A stretch of DNA of 64,000 nucleotides from positions 928,001 to 992,000 of the forward strand of contig CAWCIZ010000003.1 in NCBI GenBank assembly GCA_963795855.1, in the 5' to 3' direction. This stretch comes from Vulcanimicrobiota bacterium (GTDB taxonomy: Bacteria > Vulcanimicrobiota > Vulcanimicrobiia > Vulcanimicrobiales > Vulcanimicrobiaceae). The position numbers and the translations under genes were made by a program. This document shows positions 50,139 to 61,060 of the stretch, piece after piece (position 1 is the stretch's first letter; every line of letters starts with the position of its first letter). The notes under the pieces are model-generated. The model was given only the letters and a program-made list of their open reading frames with translations. It made no database searches and was not told the origin of the DNA.

Positions 50139-52933
50139 CGCGACTTCGACGCAACCTGCCGTAGAGAGCGCCTTCGCCTTCAACCGACCCGCGTTGAATG
50201 CGGGCGCGTTCTCTTGCAGCGCCGCGGCGACGTACTCGTCGTGCGTCCGCCGGTCGTGAGGCCGCATCTCGACTACGAGTTCTTCGCGCAAGCGCGCGGC
50301 GGATTCACTGAGCAGCCCCGCACGTTCGTACGCATGCTCGCGAACGGCGAGCGCCGCAAGGGCATCCAGTACGAGCGCGATCCACGAACGCTGCTTTTCG
50401 CGTTCCCATAGGCGCAGCGCTTCGATGAAGTCGCTCTTGGCTTCATCGAAACGTTCCAGCGCGAATTTCGCTTGCGCCATCGCGTAGTGTGAGAGCGCGA
50501 TGCCGTAGACGTGTCCGAGCGTACGGCGGATATCGTAGCTTTCCGTCACCATCGCGAGCGCCTCCTCGTAGCGTTCTTCTTCGAACGCTACGCCGGCCAG
50601 ATGGTACAAAACCCAAGCGATGCTCTCCGCGCCGCCCAGCGCGCGGTAGATATCGAGGCTTTCGCCGAGCACCCCGCGCGCTTCGTCGAAGCGGCGCAGC
50701 GATGTATATTCCGCTCCGAGATTGTCGAGCGCCCGCGCCGTCTTCACGTCGTCGTGCGCGCGCCGCGCACAATCTAGCGAAGCGGAAAACGCTTCGCGCG
50801 CTCGTTCTACGTCGCCTCGTTCGTGCGCCACCACGCCGGCCGCATGATGCAATTCCGCCATTGCCTGCTCGTCGAGATTTGCGGCGCCAGTCTCGAGTTG
50901 CAGCAGCGATTCCGCGTGCGTGACGTCTCCGAGCAGCGTCGCAAGCACGGCAGCGGCGGCGTGACAGCGAGCGCGCACGGAGTCATCTTGCGCGTGCAAC
51001 GCGAACCTTTCCATCCACTGCTGCGCTTCGGCATACGATCCTCGGGTCAGCCAATAGCGATATAACGCGAGCGCGAACGGCGCTCCCCATAACGCGTTGC
51101 CGCCGTCGGCAATCTGCAGCAACGCCGCAATGTTTGCGCGTTCGTCGTGCAATGCATCGAGCGCCGTACTCTGCTGCGGACCATGCAGTTTTCCAGCCAG
51201 CCCCTCGATGTGCGCGCGATAGTACTCCACGAACGACCGCGCGGCATCGGCGGCTTCCTCATCGCTCGTGTGCCGCAGCGCGAATCCCCGCACGCTTTGG
51301 TAGAGCGCGTGGCGGCGCCCGGAATGGGCATCGAACGAATGGCCGAACGATTTTTCGAGAAGCGAAGCCGCGCCCTCGGCGCACACGGCTTGCGCTGCTT
51401 CCACCGTCCAGGAATCCGGAAACACGGTCAGCATTCGCAAACAGCGGCTTTGCTGCGGCGAGAGAAGTAAATCACTCCACGCGATCGTGTCGTGCAGCGT
51501 TTTATGATGGGTCGGTCCCGAGCGTTGCGTTCCGCTCGGCGATGACGTATCGCCGTGTAATGCCTGCGCGATCGCGTGAAGCGGTAAAATCGTGCAGCGC
51601 GCCGCGGCGAGCTCGAGAGCCAGTGGAATTCCCTCGAGCGCAACGCAAAGCTGGTCGAGCGCCCGGACGTCCGCGGCGGCGTCAGGCCCTCCGGCGGCGG
51701 TGACGCGATCCGAGAGCAAACGCCGCGCGTCGGAAAGCGGCAGCGGCTCGATGCGCACGAGAGCTTCCCGCCGATCTTGAGCGGCTCGCGCGAGGTCACC
51801 AGTACCGAGAGGTTCGGACAGCGCGCGAGCAGTTCTTCAATGGCGTTGCCCGCGTCTTCCACCAGATGCTCCGCATTGTCGACGAGCAGCAGCACCGCGC
51901 CGTCCGCGATGGTGCGGCACAACGCTTCGGCCGCAGCTTCCTGCGGCTGGCGTCGCACTCGCAGCGCGGAAAGAAATGCGTCGAACATTTCCGCCGAACT
52001 GCGGGCGCCGGCGAGCTGGACGTACCACGTCTCGTTGCGATCGCCGCGCGTTCCGTGCGCGTAATGCAGCGCGAGGCGCGTCTTTCCGACGCCCGGCGCT
52101 CCGCAAATCGTAATGGTGCGACGCGACGCATAGAGCGTGGCCAGTCGTGCAATTTCGGTTTCGCGGCCGATGAACGGATCGGACTCGTACGGCAGATTGT
52201 GGGTACGGCGAACCGGCGGCGCACTGCTCAGATTTTCGTATAGACGCGCCGTTTCCGCGTCGGGTTCGACCGCGAATTCCGCGCGCAGCTTCTCCGCGAA
52301 AGCGCGATACGAAGAGAGCGCGCCGGCGCGATCGCCGTAATTCACTTGCGCGTTCATCAGCGCGCGCAGCGCGTCTTCCCGAAACGGATCCACCGCGAGC
52401 AGGCCGCGCGCATAATCTGCGGCTGCGGCGTCATTCTCGAGCAGGGCGGTCTCCATCGCCGCAGCCAGCACTGCGGCGAAACGCTCGCGAACGCGATCGC
52501 GGAATGGAGCCAGCCATTCGTCTTCGACACGCGTCATCAATCCGCCACGATAGATTTGCAGCGCGCGTGCTGCTGATTCCGCGGTGATCGCCGGCTCCCC
52601 GAGCAGCCTTTCGAGTTCCCAGACGTCGCACGAAACGCCACCGCGGCGCAGCGAGAGCGTCGTGGACGTCACTTCAAGCGCCGTGCCTGCTGGAAGAAGG
52701 CTTTGCAGGCGGTGCACGGCGCGCCGCAAGTTCGCGCGCGCGGCGCTTTCCGTTTCATCGGGCCAAAGCGCGAACGCGGCTTGATCCCGGCGGACTGCCG
52801 CAGGATGCAGTGCGAGAAATGCCAGAATTGCCGGCAGACGCGGAAAGCCGGCAAACGACACGGCACGGCCGTCCACGAACAGTCCGGGTTCGCCGAACAG
52901 GCGCAATTCGACCGTTTGCACTGCAATGGCCAT
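50127..52933 (-). CDS. AfsR/SARP-type regulator: wHTH-BTAD-ATPase-TPR (apparent frameshift near 51768)
   Basis: ALWPD..ARANLR, DPFREDA, GAPGVGKTRL, LLVDNAEHL, LEGIPLALELAAAR. Confidence 0.88.
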
Positions 52934-52999
52934 CGAGAGACCTCGGCCTTTAGCATACTGCATGACGCACGCGGGCGTCTGCGGCGGGGAAGCGAGCGG

Positions 53000-53359
53000 C
53001 TACTTCGTAAGCGTGCGGAGTTCTTCGATGCGCGCCACGGCGCGGCGCAGATGCGGAATGACGATCGAACCGCCGACGACGAGTCCGACGTTGAGCGCGT
53101 CCAGCAGTTCGGCGTCGGTCATTCCGAGCTCTACGCATTGGCCGAGATGATACGTAACGCAGTCATCGCAGCGCAATACGAGCGATGCCACGAGACCGAT
53201 GAGTTCTTTCGTTCGCTGCGGCAGCGCGCCGGGTTCGTACGCGCGCGCATCCAGATTGAAGAAACGTTTGATGCCGAGATGATCCGAATCGAGGATATTC
53301 TCATTCATCCGCCGCCGGAACTCGTTGAAGTCGTGAATGCTGTGAACGTCGTCCGGCAT
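53000..53359 (-). CDS. Carboxymuconolactone decarboxylase/AhpD family protein
   Basis: TKELIGLVASLVLRCDDCVTYH. Confidence 0.88.
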   Translation of the reverse strand: MPDDVHSIHDFNEFRRRMNENILDSDHLGIKRFFNLDARAYEPGALPQRTKELIGLVASLVLRCDDCVTYHLGQCVELGMTDAELLDALNVGLVVGGSIVIPHLRRAVARIEELRTLTK

Positions 53360-53365
53360 GCGGAC

Positions 53366-54449
53366 CTAGCGCGCCGGCGCGAGCGGAGCGAATTGCGCGA
53401 GGAACCGTTCGACGAGCGGAAGCGCTACGCCGGCGTCCGCAAAGCGCCGTTGCAACCCTTCCGGCGTTGGAGAAGGCAGAACGGACATGAATACCGCGGG
53501 GCCGTTCGTGCTTCGAACGTCGACCTGTGACGCGCCGGCGGGAATGAGCGCGGTCTCGTACGGTGCCAGCAGCGCGGAGCCGCCGGTGCAATGCAATTCC
53601 AGGCCCGCTCCGAGCGCCGAAAGAATCAACGGGCGGTTGCGCGTGCTCAACGACGCAGCCGTTTCCGTCGCGGTGACGCGCTCGACCAGGAAATGCGCGT
53701 CCGCGATCAATGCGGTTCGCGAAAAGCCTTCCGCGGCATAGGTGAGTTCGTCGAGCGGCTGTTCCGACGTCGACGCGCGGTAGTCGAGGACGTCGGCCGC
53801 TTTTTCTAAATGCAAAGGCCGCGGCCGGCCGTCCGCGCCCAAGCGATTCCAATCGTACATGCGGTACGTCAAATCACTCGCCTGCTGCGTTTCGTACAGC
53901 GTAATGCCCGGACCGATCGCGTGAACTCGTCCCGCGGGAATATAAAAGGCGTCCCCGGCCTTCACCGGAACGCGACGCAAGATTTCGCCGAGCGTACCGT
54001 CGGCCACGCGCCGTTCGTATTCATCGCGGCTGGTTTCGCGCGACCATCCCATCACCAATTGCGAACCCGGCTCCGCGTCCATCACGTACCAGCATTCGGT
54101 TTTTCCGTTCGGCTGATGCTCGACGCGCCGCGCGTACGCATCATCCGGATGGACTTGAACGGAAAGCCAGTCGCGCGCAGTAATGATTTTCGTGAGCACG
54201 GGAAACATGCGCGCGGGATCGATTTCGCCGAGGAAAGCCGCGCCCATACGCACGCGCAGACTGCGCGATGCTCTCGCCGGCCAGCGGCCCGTTCAGCACC
54301 ACGTTCGCGTCCCAGCACTCCCACGACTCGCCCCACGTTTCGGACGGATCTCCGTATTTTCCGTAACGCTCGACCAGCGCGCTGCCGCCCCAAATCGCAG
54401 CGGCGAGTTTGGGCTGCAGGAGGTACGGATAGAGTTGTGCGTCCGGCAT
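53366..54449 (-). CDS. manA: Type I mannose-6-phosphate isomerase (apparent frameshift near 54260)
   Basis: IWGG, GESWE, LSVQVHPDD, GKTECW, HAIG, EtQQaSD. Confidence 0.88.
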
Positions 54450-54507
54450 GGTGCACGACTGAATACGAGGCGCGGGCGCGCGATTCCCCGCAATGGCGGG
54501 CGCGTTA

Positions 54508-55200
54508 CTAGAGGTTCGCGGGTTCGCCTCGTTCGACGATCGCTTTGAAGCGCCGCAGATCTTCGGCGACGGCGCGTTGCGGATCGTCGCCCAAGATTCG
54601 CGCCATCGACGCGCCGATGTAACGCGCCGGCGGCGCGTATTCGAGTACGACTCGCACTTCCGTCGAGCCGTCGCCCTGATCGAAGTGCACCGATCCGGCG
54701 TGATGAATCGCCGAACCCGGCAAGGAGCGCCAACCGATGAGCCGACCGGGCACGTCGTTGATGATCTCCGCTTCCCACGTGACGCGGCTTCCCACCGGCG
54801 CGCGTACGCGCCAGCGCGATCGGCGGTCCGTAAGCGTCGTCACTTCCTCCACGTGTTCCATGAATTGCGGAAGCGTGTCGAGCCGGCGCCAAAAGTCGTA
54901 CAGTTCGCCTGCGGGCCGCGCAACGGAAATGGATTGCTCGACGCGCACGCCCGTTCCATACGGCACGCTCGCCGCGGGATTGTAGTACTCGCCGCGCCGG
55001 CGGTTCTTCGCGGTGTCGACGCCGAGCGCGCCGTAGGCCGGACAGAAACCCGTGAAGCCGCGGTACAGGAATGCCGCCGATGCGGCGCCGGCCGCGGCGC
55101 CGAGCAAACCGCGCCGGCGCACGCCGACGAACGCGAGCAAGCCGCCGAGTCCCAGTGATATCCAGCGCTCGATTGCGCCGACGTTCCTCGCGTCGTGCAT
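54508..55200 (-). CDS. DUF2892 + SRPBCC (cyclase/dehydrase) protein
   Basis: NVGAIER..TGFCPAY; LPQFMEHV, EDLRRFK. Confidence 0.85.
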   Translation of the reverse strand: MHDARNVGAIERWISLGLGGLLAFVGVRRRGLLGAAAGAASAAFLYRGFTGFCPAYGALGVDTAKNRRRGEYYNPAASVPYGTGVRVEQSISVARPAGELYDFWRRLDTLPQFMEHVEEVTTLTDRRSRWRVRAPVGSRVTWEAEIINDVPGRLIGWRSLPGSAIHHAGSVHFDQGDGSTEVRVVLEYAPPARYIGASMARILGDDPQRAVAEDLRRFKAIVERGEPANL

Positions 55201-55293
55201 ATGCCACACTCTCCTGGTCGCATTATCTCACGAAACCAGATGCTCTATGCGCCTTCGGGGGCCGAGCGGCCGCCGCGCCGAACACGTTTGCCC

Positions 55294-56715
55294 GTGCAAA
55301 TCTACATCGGCATCGGATCGAATCTCGGCGATCGGCAGGCAAACATTCTGGCTGCTTTGCAGCGGCTGCGCGCGCGCGCCGATGTCGTTGCCGTCTCCGC
55401 GTTCTATGAAAGCGAGGCTGCCGGAGGCGCCGAAGGGCCGCCGTTTTTGAACGTAGCCGCGGAATTGGAGACGCCGCTGGATTGCGAAGCGTTCGAGCGC
55501 TTTGCACGGGACGTGGAGAGCGCGGTCGGCCGCTTGCGATCGCGAAAACTCGCTGCGCGCCCCATCGACATCGACGTCCTCTGGACGGACGGCTACGTGC
55601 ATCCGCAGTTACGCGAACGGCGCTACAACCTCGTGCCGCTTGCCGAGATCGCGCCGCAGCTCGATCTGCCTGCGGTGAACGCGCAGGCTAACGGCATGCA
55701 CCGCCGCGCGCGTTCGCTGCACTTCAATGCGAACCGTCAGGAGGAAGCGCCCGACGTACGGCTTTCGCTCAGCCGCGTCGGCGTGTCGAGCGTGCGCCGA
55801 ATCGTGCATTTGAACGTCGACGGAAAAGAGCGCGTCTTCAACGGCGAGTTTTCCATGGTCGCCGATCTCGCCCCGCATAAAGCCGGCGTGCACATGTCGC
55901 GCTTCAATGAGATTTTGGAAGAGGCCGCGCTCGACGTGCTCGCGCGGGAAACGCAGCCTGCGCGCATCGAGCGCCTCGTCGAGGCGATCGCCAAAGAGAT
56001 CGTGCAATCCCAGCGAGCCGTTCGCGCGGACGTTCGTCTTCGTGCCGATTTCGGCTTGGAGCGATGGACGCCGGTCAGCGGCAAGCGCGGCGAAGAAACG
56101 TATACGCTCGTCGGCATCGCGCATGCCGACCACGAGGGGACGCGCCGCGTGATCGGCGTCGAGGCGGAAGGCATGACCGCATGCCCGTGCGCGCAGCTGA
56201 TGGTGCGCGAGCACAGCATGCACGAATTGCTCGAAGCAGGCTTTTCATCCGCCGACGCGGAGCGCGCGCTGGACGCGCTTCCGGTTGCCACGCACAATCA
56301 ACGCGGTCGAGGCAGCGTACTCATCGGCGTACAGCCTGAACATGCCGATGCCGTGCGTGCCGAAGATCTGGTAGAGATCGTCGAGAATGCGATGTCGAGC
56401 GAAACCTACGATCTGCTCAAACGCCCCGACGAGTTTTTCATCGTCAACAAGGCGCATCATAATCCGAAATTCGTCGAAGACGTGGTGCGCGGCATTCTCG
56501 CCAGCGCGCTCGACATGTACGCCGATTTCGGGGACGCAACGTTCGTATCGGCGACTCAAGTCAATTACGAATCGATTCACAAGCACGATGCGTTTGCTGA
56601 AGCCTCCGGGACGTTCGGCGAATTTCGCCATGAATTGCGCACGGCCGAATACGTCACGCAGAAGACGGAACTCGCAACCTGGCTCCGGACGCGCCCGTCG
56701 CCGGTTTTGATGTAG
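55294..56715 (+). CDS. FolK (HPPK) fused to GTP cyclohydrolase IB / MptA-type
   Basis: IGIGSNLGDR, FLN, RPIDIDVL; then MTACPCAQ, THNQRG, NPKFVEDVVR, ESIHKHDA. Confidence 0.88.
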   Translation: MQIYIGIGSNLGDRQANILAALQRLRARADVVAVSAFYESEAAGGAEGPPFLNVAAELETPLDCEAFERFARDVESAVGRLRSRKLAARPIDIDVLWTDGYVHPQLRERRYNLVPLAEIAPQLDLPAVNAQANGMHRRARSLHFNANRQEEAPDVRLSLSRVGVSSVRRIVHLNVDGKERVFNGEFSMVADLAPHKAGVHMSRFNEILEEAALDVLARETQPARIERLVEAIAKEIVQSQRAVRADVRLRADFGLERWTPVSGKRGEETYTLVGIAHADHEGTRRVIGVEAEGMTACPCAQLMVREHSMHELLEAGFSSADAERALDALPVATHNQRGRGSVLIGVQPEHADAVRAEDLVEIVENAMSSETYDLLKRPDEFFIVNKAHHNPKFVEDVVRGILASALDMYADFGDATFVSATQVNYESIHKHDAFAEASGTFGEFRHELRTAEYVTQKTELATWLRTRPSPVLM

Positions 56716-56801
56716 GCCGGCGGAACCGCCGCCGCTGGGACCGAAGCCTCATGACCCTCGACGCTCGATGCGTACGATAGAGCGGTCTGAGTGAGGCCGG
56801 G

Positions 56802-57440
56802 ATGAAACACCTCTTGCCGCTTTCGGCGTTTGCGTTCATCGGAATCTTCGCTTTTGCGTGTGCCGCAGCGGTTGCGGCGTCCGGGTTGAGCGCCGGCGAG
56901 CTCCACAAGCTTCGCGCGATTCCGTTCGCGGTGGTTCCCGCTACGGTTCCCGCGGGTTTTCACGGTCACGTGACCGTCAACGCGTCGAAGCACGCGTACA
57001 CCGTCGTCTATACCGGTCCGGGCGGCGCGACGATCCGTATCGCCGGGAACCGGCGCGGCACCCGGTCCGCTTCCGGAGCGGCAGCCACGGCGCAGCCGCG
57101 CGGCCTGTTTCAAAAGTTGGCCGGAGCGTTTAGCCATTTCGGACACAAAGTGGAGAGCAACGCGTCTTCTCTGCACGGTGCCGGCGGCCAAGCCAGCCGA
57201 AACGCGAACGCGGATAACGGCAAAGCCGGTGAGGAACAGGAAGAAATGACCGCGGTTTCCGCCGATTCCCCGCTGCTCGGACCCGTGAATTTTCAGCGCG
57301 CCGGAAAGTGCCTGAGCGGCTACAACGATCCGTCGAAAGCTGCCATCTCCAACGCGTCTTTCACGGTGGCCGCATGTAATCTGCACGAACCGGACGCTTT
57401 GATCCGAGCGTACCGTTCACTCGAGCGCGTCAGCCAGTAG
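56802..57440 (+). CDS. Secreted hypothetical protein
   Basis: Signal peptide; clean 212-aa ORF. Confidence 0.65.
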   Translation: MKHLLPLSAFAFIGIFAFACAAAVAASGLSAGELHKLRAIPFAVVPATVPAGFHGHVTVNASKHAYTVVYTGPGGATIRIAGNRRGTRSASGAAATAQPRGLFQKLAGAFSHFGHKVESNASSLHGAGGQASRNANADNGKAGEEQEEMTAVSADSPLLGPVNFQRAGKCLSGYNDPSKAAISNASFTVAACNLHEPDALIRAYRSLERVSQ

Positions 57441-57445
57441 TCCCC

Positions 57446-59072
57446 TTGTCGCGAAAATATTTCGCGCCTGCGGTTTTGCTGCTCTCCCTTCTACTGCTGC
57501 TCAACGATGCCGCGGCGTTCCGGCTCGATCTGTTTTTCGAATGCCTCGCGCGTCTGGGCATGCTCGTGCTGGCTGCGTTGATGCTGCGCAAATGGCTGGC
57601 GGAGGCGCGTTACGAAGGACAGCGCAGATTGCTGTTGTGCGGACTGCTCGGTCTCTCACTCGACGTTTACTGGCAGCTCGCTTACAGCGGCGCGTTTCAA
57701 TGGTTTGCGATGCTTTTGAAATTCGCGGGTGTGGCCACGGGTCTGATGTGCTTCATCGCACTCACCGCCTCGTTCGGAAACGGCGCTCGCGGAACACGTT
57801 TTCGCGTCGTTCTCAGGCTCGTCGCTCCGCTCATGGGCCTTGTCGTCTTCATTGCGGGTGTCGCGCTCGGGTTCGGTTGGATGGCCCACTGCAGATCCGG
57901 CGCGGGCGGATGTTACGTCGACGACGCGTTTTCGATCTGGAGTTATCGCGCGTACTTTATCGCGGACTCCACTGCGCGCTTGCTCATCTTTGCCGCCGCG
58001 CTTGCGGCGGTCATAACGTCGCCGGAGAACCGTCAACGGCTGCTGCTCGTTGCAGTGTCGTGCATGCTGCTCGCCGCCGGAACGGCAATCGACTTCACCG
58101 TGCGGCTCGCGACGGTGCCGCCGGACACCGTATTTGCCCTGCAAGTGCTCGATGCGATCTTGACGCTGCTCTTCGTGCTCGGCATGTTCGTCGCCATTAC
58201 GAAAAACCGGATGTTCGACGTGGCGTTCTATTTTAGTGGCGGGATTGTGTATGGCGCAGTATTCGTGCTCGCGCTCATCGTGAACTTGGCGATGCAGCGT
58301 ATTCTGCTCGCCGCTGCAGCTCGCCGTACTGGCCGCGCTCCTCGCGTTCGCCGTCGGAGCGCGATCGTATCTTGCGGCGCACCGCCAAATGCGCCAGATC
58401 GCGATCTACGCCGTCGCCATGGCGCTCTTCAATAGCGCGTGGATCTGGATAGAAGGCAGCGCGCACCACGGTGCAGCGGGCCGTGTCGAAAAACTGCTTG
58501 CGGGCGTTCCGAACGCCGGCCTGTTCGTCGACGTGGCGTTTGCGGCGTTCACGATGCTGGTCTTGAGCCGCACCGAGGAAACGCTGCGCACCGCGTTGCA
58601 CGTGCGAATCATGTCCGACGTCCAAAAGCGTTTGGAGCGTCTGCGGCATTTCAAGGAGAGTTTACCGTTTTTCACCCGCGCGGCGGAGTTGGAGCGCATG
58701 CTGGTCGAAACGATCACGGCAACGATCGAAGCGCGGTACGTGCATCTGTTTTTGCATCGCGATTCGGCCACGTATGCGTCGGCCGCTTCGTATCCGCCGA
58801 GCGCGCAGCAACCGCTCACCGTGGACGTCGACCGGCCCTCGGACTTGCGTTGCGCGCAACGCTGCTGCGCCAGCCTCCCCCCGAGCTGCTGCATCCACGA
58901 TGCCGTACTGTATCCGCCGATGCCGGTCGCCGGAAAGCTGTTCGGTTTTTTCGTGCTCGGCCCAAAAGCGTGCGAGCACGGCTCGGAATACTCGAAACCG
59001 GAAGCGAAAGCATTGTACGCGCTCGCCAGAGAAGCCGGCGCTACCCTTCACGAACTTCGGGGGCACGCATGA
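57446..59072 (+). CDS. Polytopic membrane protein with C-terminal GAF-like domain (apparent frameshift near 58310)
   Basis: Many TM helices; PMPVAGKLFGFFVLGPK..YSKPE..L..LA resembles a GAF C-terminus. Confidence 0.6.
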
Positions 59073-59842
59073 CACGCTGGACGTTTCCGATCCTCACCGC
59101 TCTCTGCCTGGTATTGGCGGCGCCCGCGGCTCGCGCAGATCAGCACTCCGAGGACGCGGCAATGGGTCGCAGCGTCTACCACGATCTCAAGAGCAAGGAC
59201 CAAATCGTCTCGAATTCTCCATACAACGCAATATTGCAGCGCGTTGGAAAGCGGGTAGCCGCCGCAGCCGGCCCGCAGTGGTACGTGGAGCGATTCTACG
59301 TGATCCGCGGCAATCAGATGAATGCGTTCTCGGCGCCGGGCGGATACGTATTCGTCAACGAAGGTCTGCTTCGGAATGCGGACAACGCCGACGAGTTGGC
59401 CAACGTCCTTGGACATGAAACTGCGCATCTGGTCCTCGGTCACGTAAGCGCGCGCGCCAAGCAACAGCAGCGCCGGAACTTTCTCTATAACATAGGGCAC
59501 ATTTTCGCGAAGAACTCGCAAGGCTCGCAAAATACCTTCAATGTCGCTACGCAAGCCGGCAATTATACGTTTCTCGGTTTTACGCGCGATCAGGAATATC
59601 AAGCGGACGCGTACGGTTCAACATTTGCCGCGCGGGCCGGCTACAATCCGTGGGGCGCGGTGTGGTTTTTCGATGAAACGGAGCGCATGTACGGCGATGC
59701 GGGATTCGAGCAATACGTGCAGCAGCATCCCTCGACGAAGGATCGCATAACGCGGCTGGAGGCCTATTTCAAAGCCTATCCTCGGCTCTTCGGACGGTGG
59801 AGTCGCCGTCTGACCAACCGCGGCGGCCTTCCGGCGACGTAG
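59069..59842 (+). CDS. M48 family metalloprotease (BepA/LoiP-like)
   Basis: NAFSAPGG, HETAH, EYQAD, HP. Confidence 0.88.
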   Translation: MTRWTFPILTALCLVLAAPAARADQHSEDAAMGRSVYHDLKSKDQIVSNSPYNAILQRVGKRVAAAAGPQWYVERFYVIRGNQMNAFSAPGGYVFVNEGLLRNADNADELANVLGHETAHLVLGHVSARAKQQQRRNFLYNIGHIFAKNSQGSQNTFNVATQAGNYTFLGFTRDQEYQADAYGSTFAARAGYNPWGAVWFFDETERMYGDAGFEQYVQQHPSTKDRITRLEAYFKAYPRLFGRWSRRLTNRGGLPAT

Positions 59843-61046
59843 GGCCCGGCTCGCCCAAAGAAGCAGCGCGCTCGAGGACTTCGATGCGCGCTTTGAGCGA
59901 AGGGTGCGTCGAGAAGAGAAACTCATACCAAGCCGGCTGTTCGTCTTCTGCCAAGTTTTGATCGCGTAGTCTGCGGAACGCAGACGCGCCCACTTTCGGT
60001 GCGCGAGTCGTTTCCAATGCGAAGCGATCCGCGGCCCATTCACGCGAACGCGCAAAAGCGCTGATGGCGGGGCGGAGTGCCTGCGAGAGCAGCGTTGCCC
60101 AAAGTTGAATGCGCGCTAGTTTTCGAGCGTCGGCTTCGGAAGCGTGCTCCGAGCGCAGAGCGTTCTCGATAAAGAATGCGCCGAACATGATCGCCGTTGC
60201 AACGCTTTGACCGAGCGCGATCATCCGCCACGTGTCCTTGGAAACATAGTGCCCGATCTCGTGCGCGACGACGAATTCAATCTCTTCCTCGGGGAAGTGT
60301 TCGACGAGTGTGTCACCCAGCACGATGCGATGCGTATTGCCGATGCCGATGACGAACGCGTTCGCTTTTTTCGTCTGCTTGCTCATGTTCATGCGCAAGA
60401 TTTCCGCGTCGCCCACGCCGAAGCGCGCCGCAAGCGCCCGAAGGCGGCGTTCGAGCGGGCCGGTGACCGGCTCGTACGTATTGAAAAGCGGCATTACGTA
60501 CAGCGGGATGACGACGTTCGCAACCAACAGCAGCGGGAACACGCCGATGCTCGCGACGGACGGCCACGCATCCGGAAATTTGCGCAGCACCGCAGCGAGT
60601 CCGCCGGCCAAAAGCGAGGCGACCCCGCCGCCGATTGCGCTTTGTTTGACGTGATCGCCAAACCACGAACCGATCCGCTGTTCGCTCAAGCCGTACGATC
60701 GTTCGATGGCATAGCCTTCGACGAAGTCCACGGGCAGTTCCGCGATGCTCTCGATGAGTGAAACCTCGGCAACGAACGCCATCGGCCGAAGCCAGACCGG
60801 CATACTCTTCACGCTTCGCTCCAACGCCGCACCGGCCGGGCCGTACGCAAGCGCCGCGCTTCCCGCGAGCGAGCGGGCGATACCGCCCATCATGAGCGCG
60901 CGTCGAACCCGTCCGTATTCGGCGGCGTCCGGGCGCCGCATCTCCGGGGGCGCGCGGAAGATTCGCAGCGCTTGCAGGGCGCGCGCCGCCGTATATCCCG
61001 CGGTGCATCCGGCCGCGATGCCGAGAAGATAGTCGCGTGTCTTCAT
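59769..61046 (-). CDS. M48 family Ste24-like metallopeptidase
   Basis: KANAFVIG, HEIGH, EWAADRFA, THPS. Confidence 0.88.
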   Translation of the reverse strand: MKTRDYLLGIAAGCTAGYTAARALQALRIFRAPPEMRRPDAAEYGRVRRALMMGGIARSLAGSAALAYGPAGAALERSVKSMPVWLRPMAFVAEVSLIESIAELPVDFVEGYAIERSYGLSEQRIGSWFGDHVKQSAIGGGVASLLAGGLAAVLRKFPDAWPSVASIGVFPLLLVANVVIPLYVMPLFNTYEPVTGPLERRLRALAARFGVGDAEILRMNMSKQTKKANAFVIGIGNTHRIVLGDTLVEHFPEEEIEFVVAHEIGHYVSKDTWRMIALGQSVATAIMFGAFFIENALRSEHASEADARKLARIQLWATLLSQALRPAISAFARSREWAADRFALETTRAPKVGASAFRRLRDQNLAEDEQPAWYEFLFSTHPSLKARIEVLERAASLGEPGPTSPEGRRGWSDGDSTVRRAEDRL

Positions 61047-61060
61047 GGTACTCCGTTGCA

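Noticed and set aside
59815..59842. NRGGLP at the M48 protease C-terminus as another GGxP peptide
   Set aside because: Too short and in a different context; likely chance
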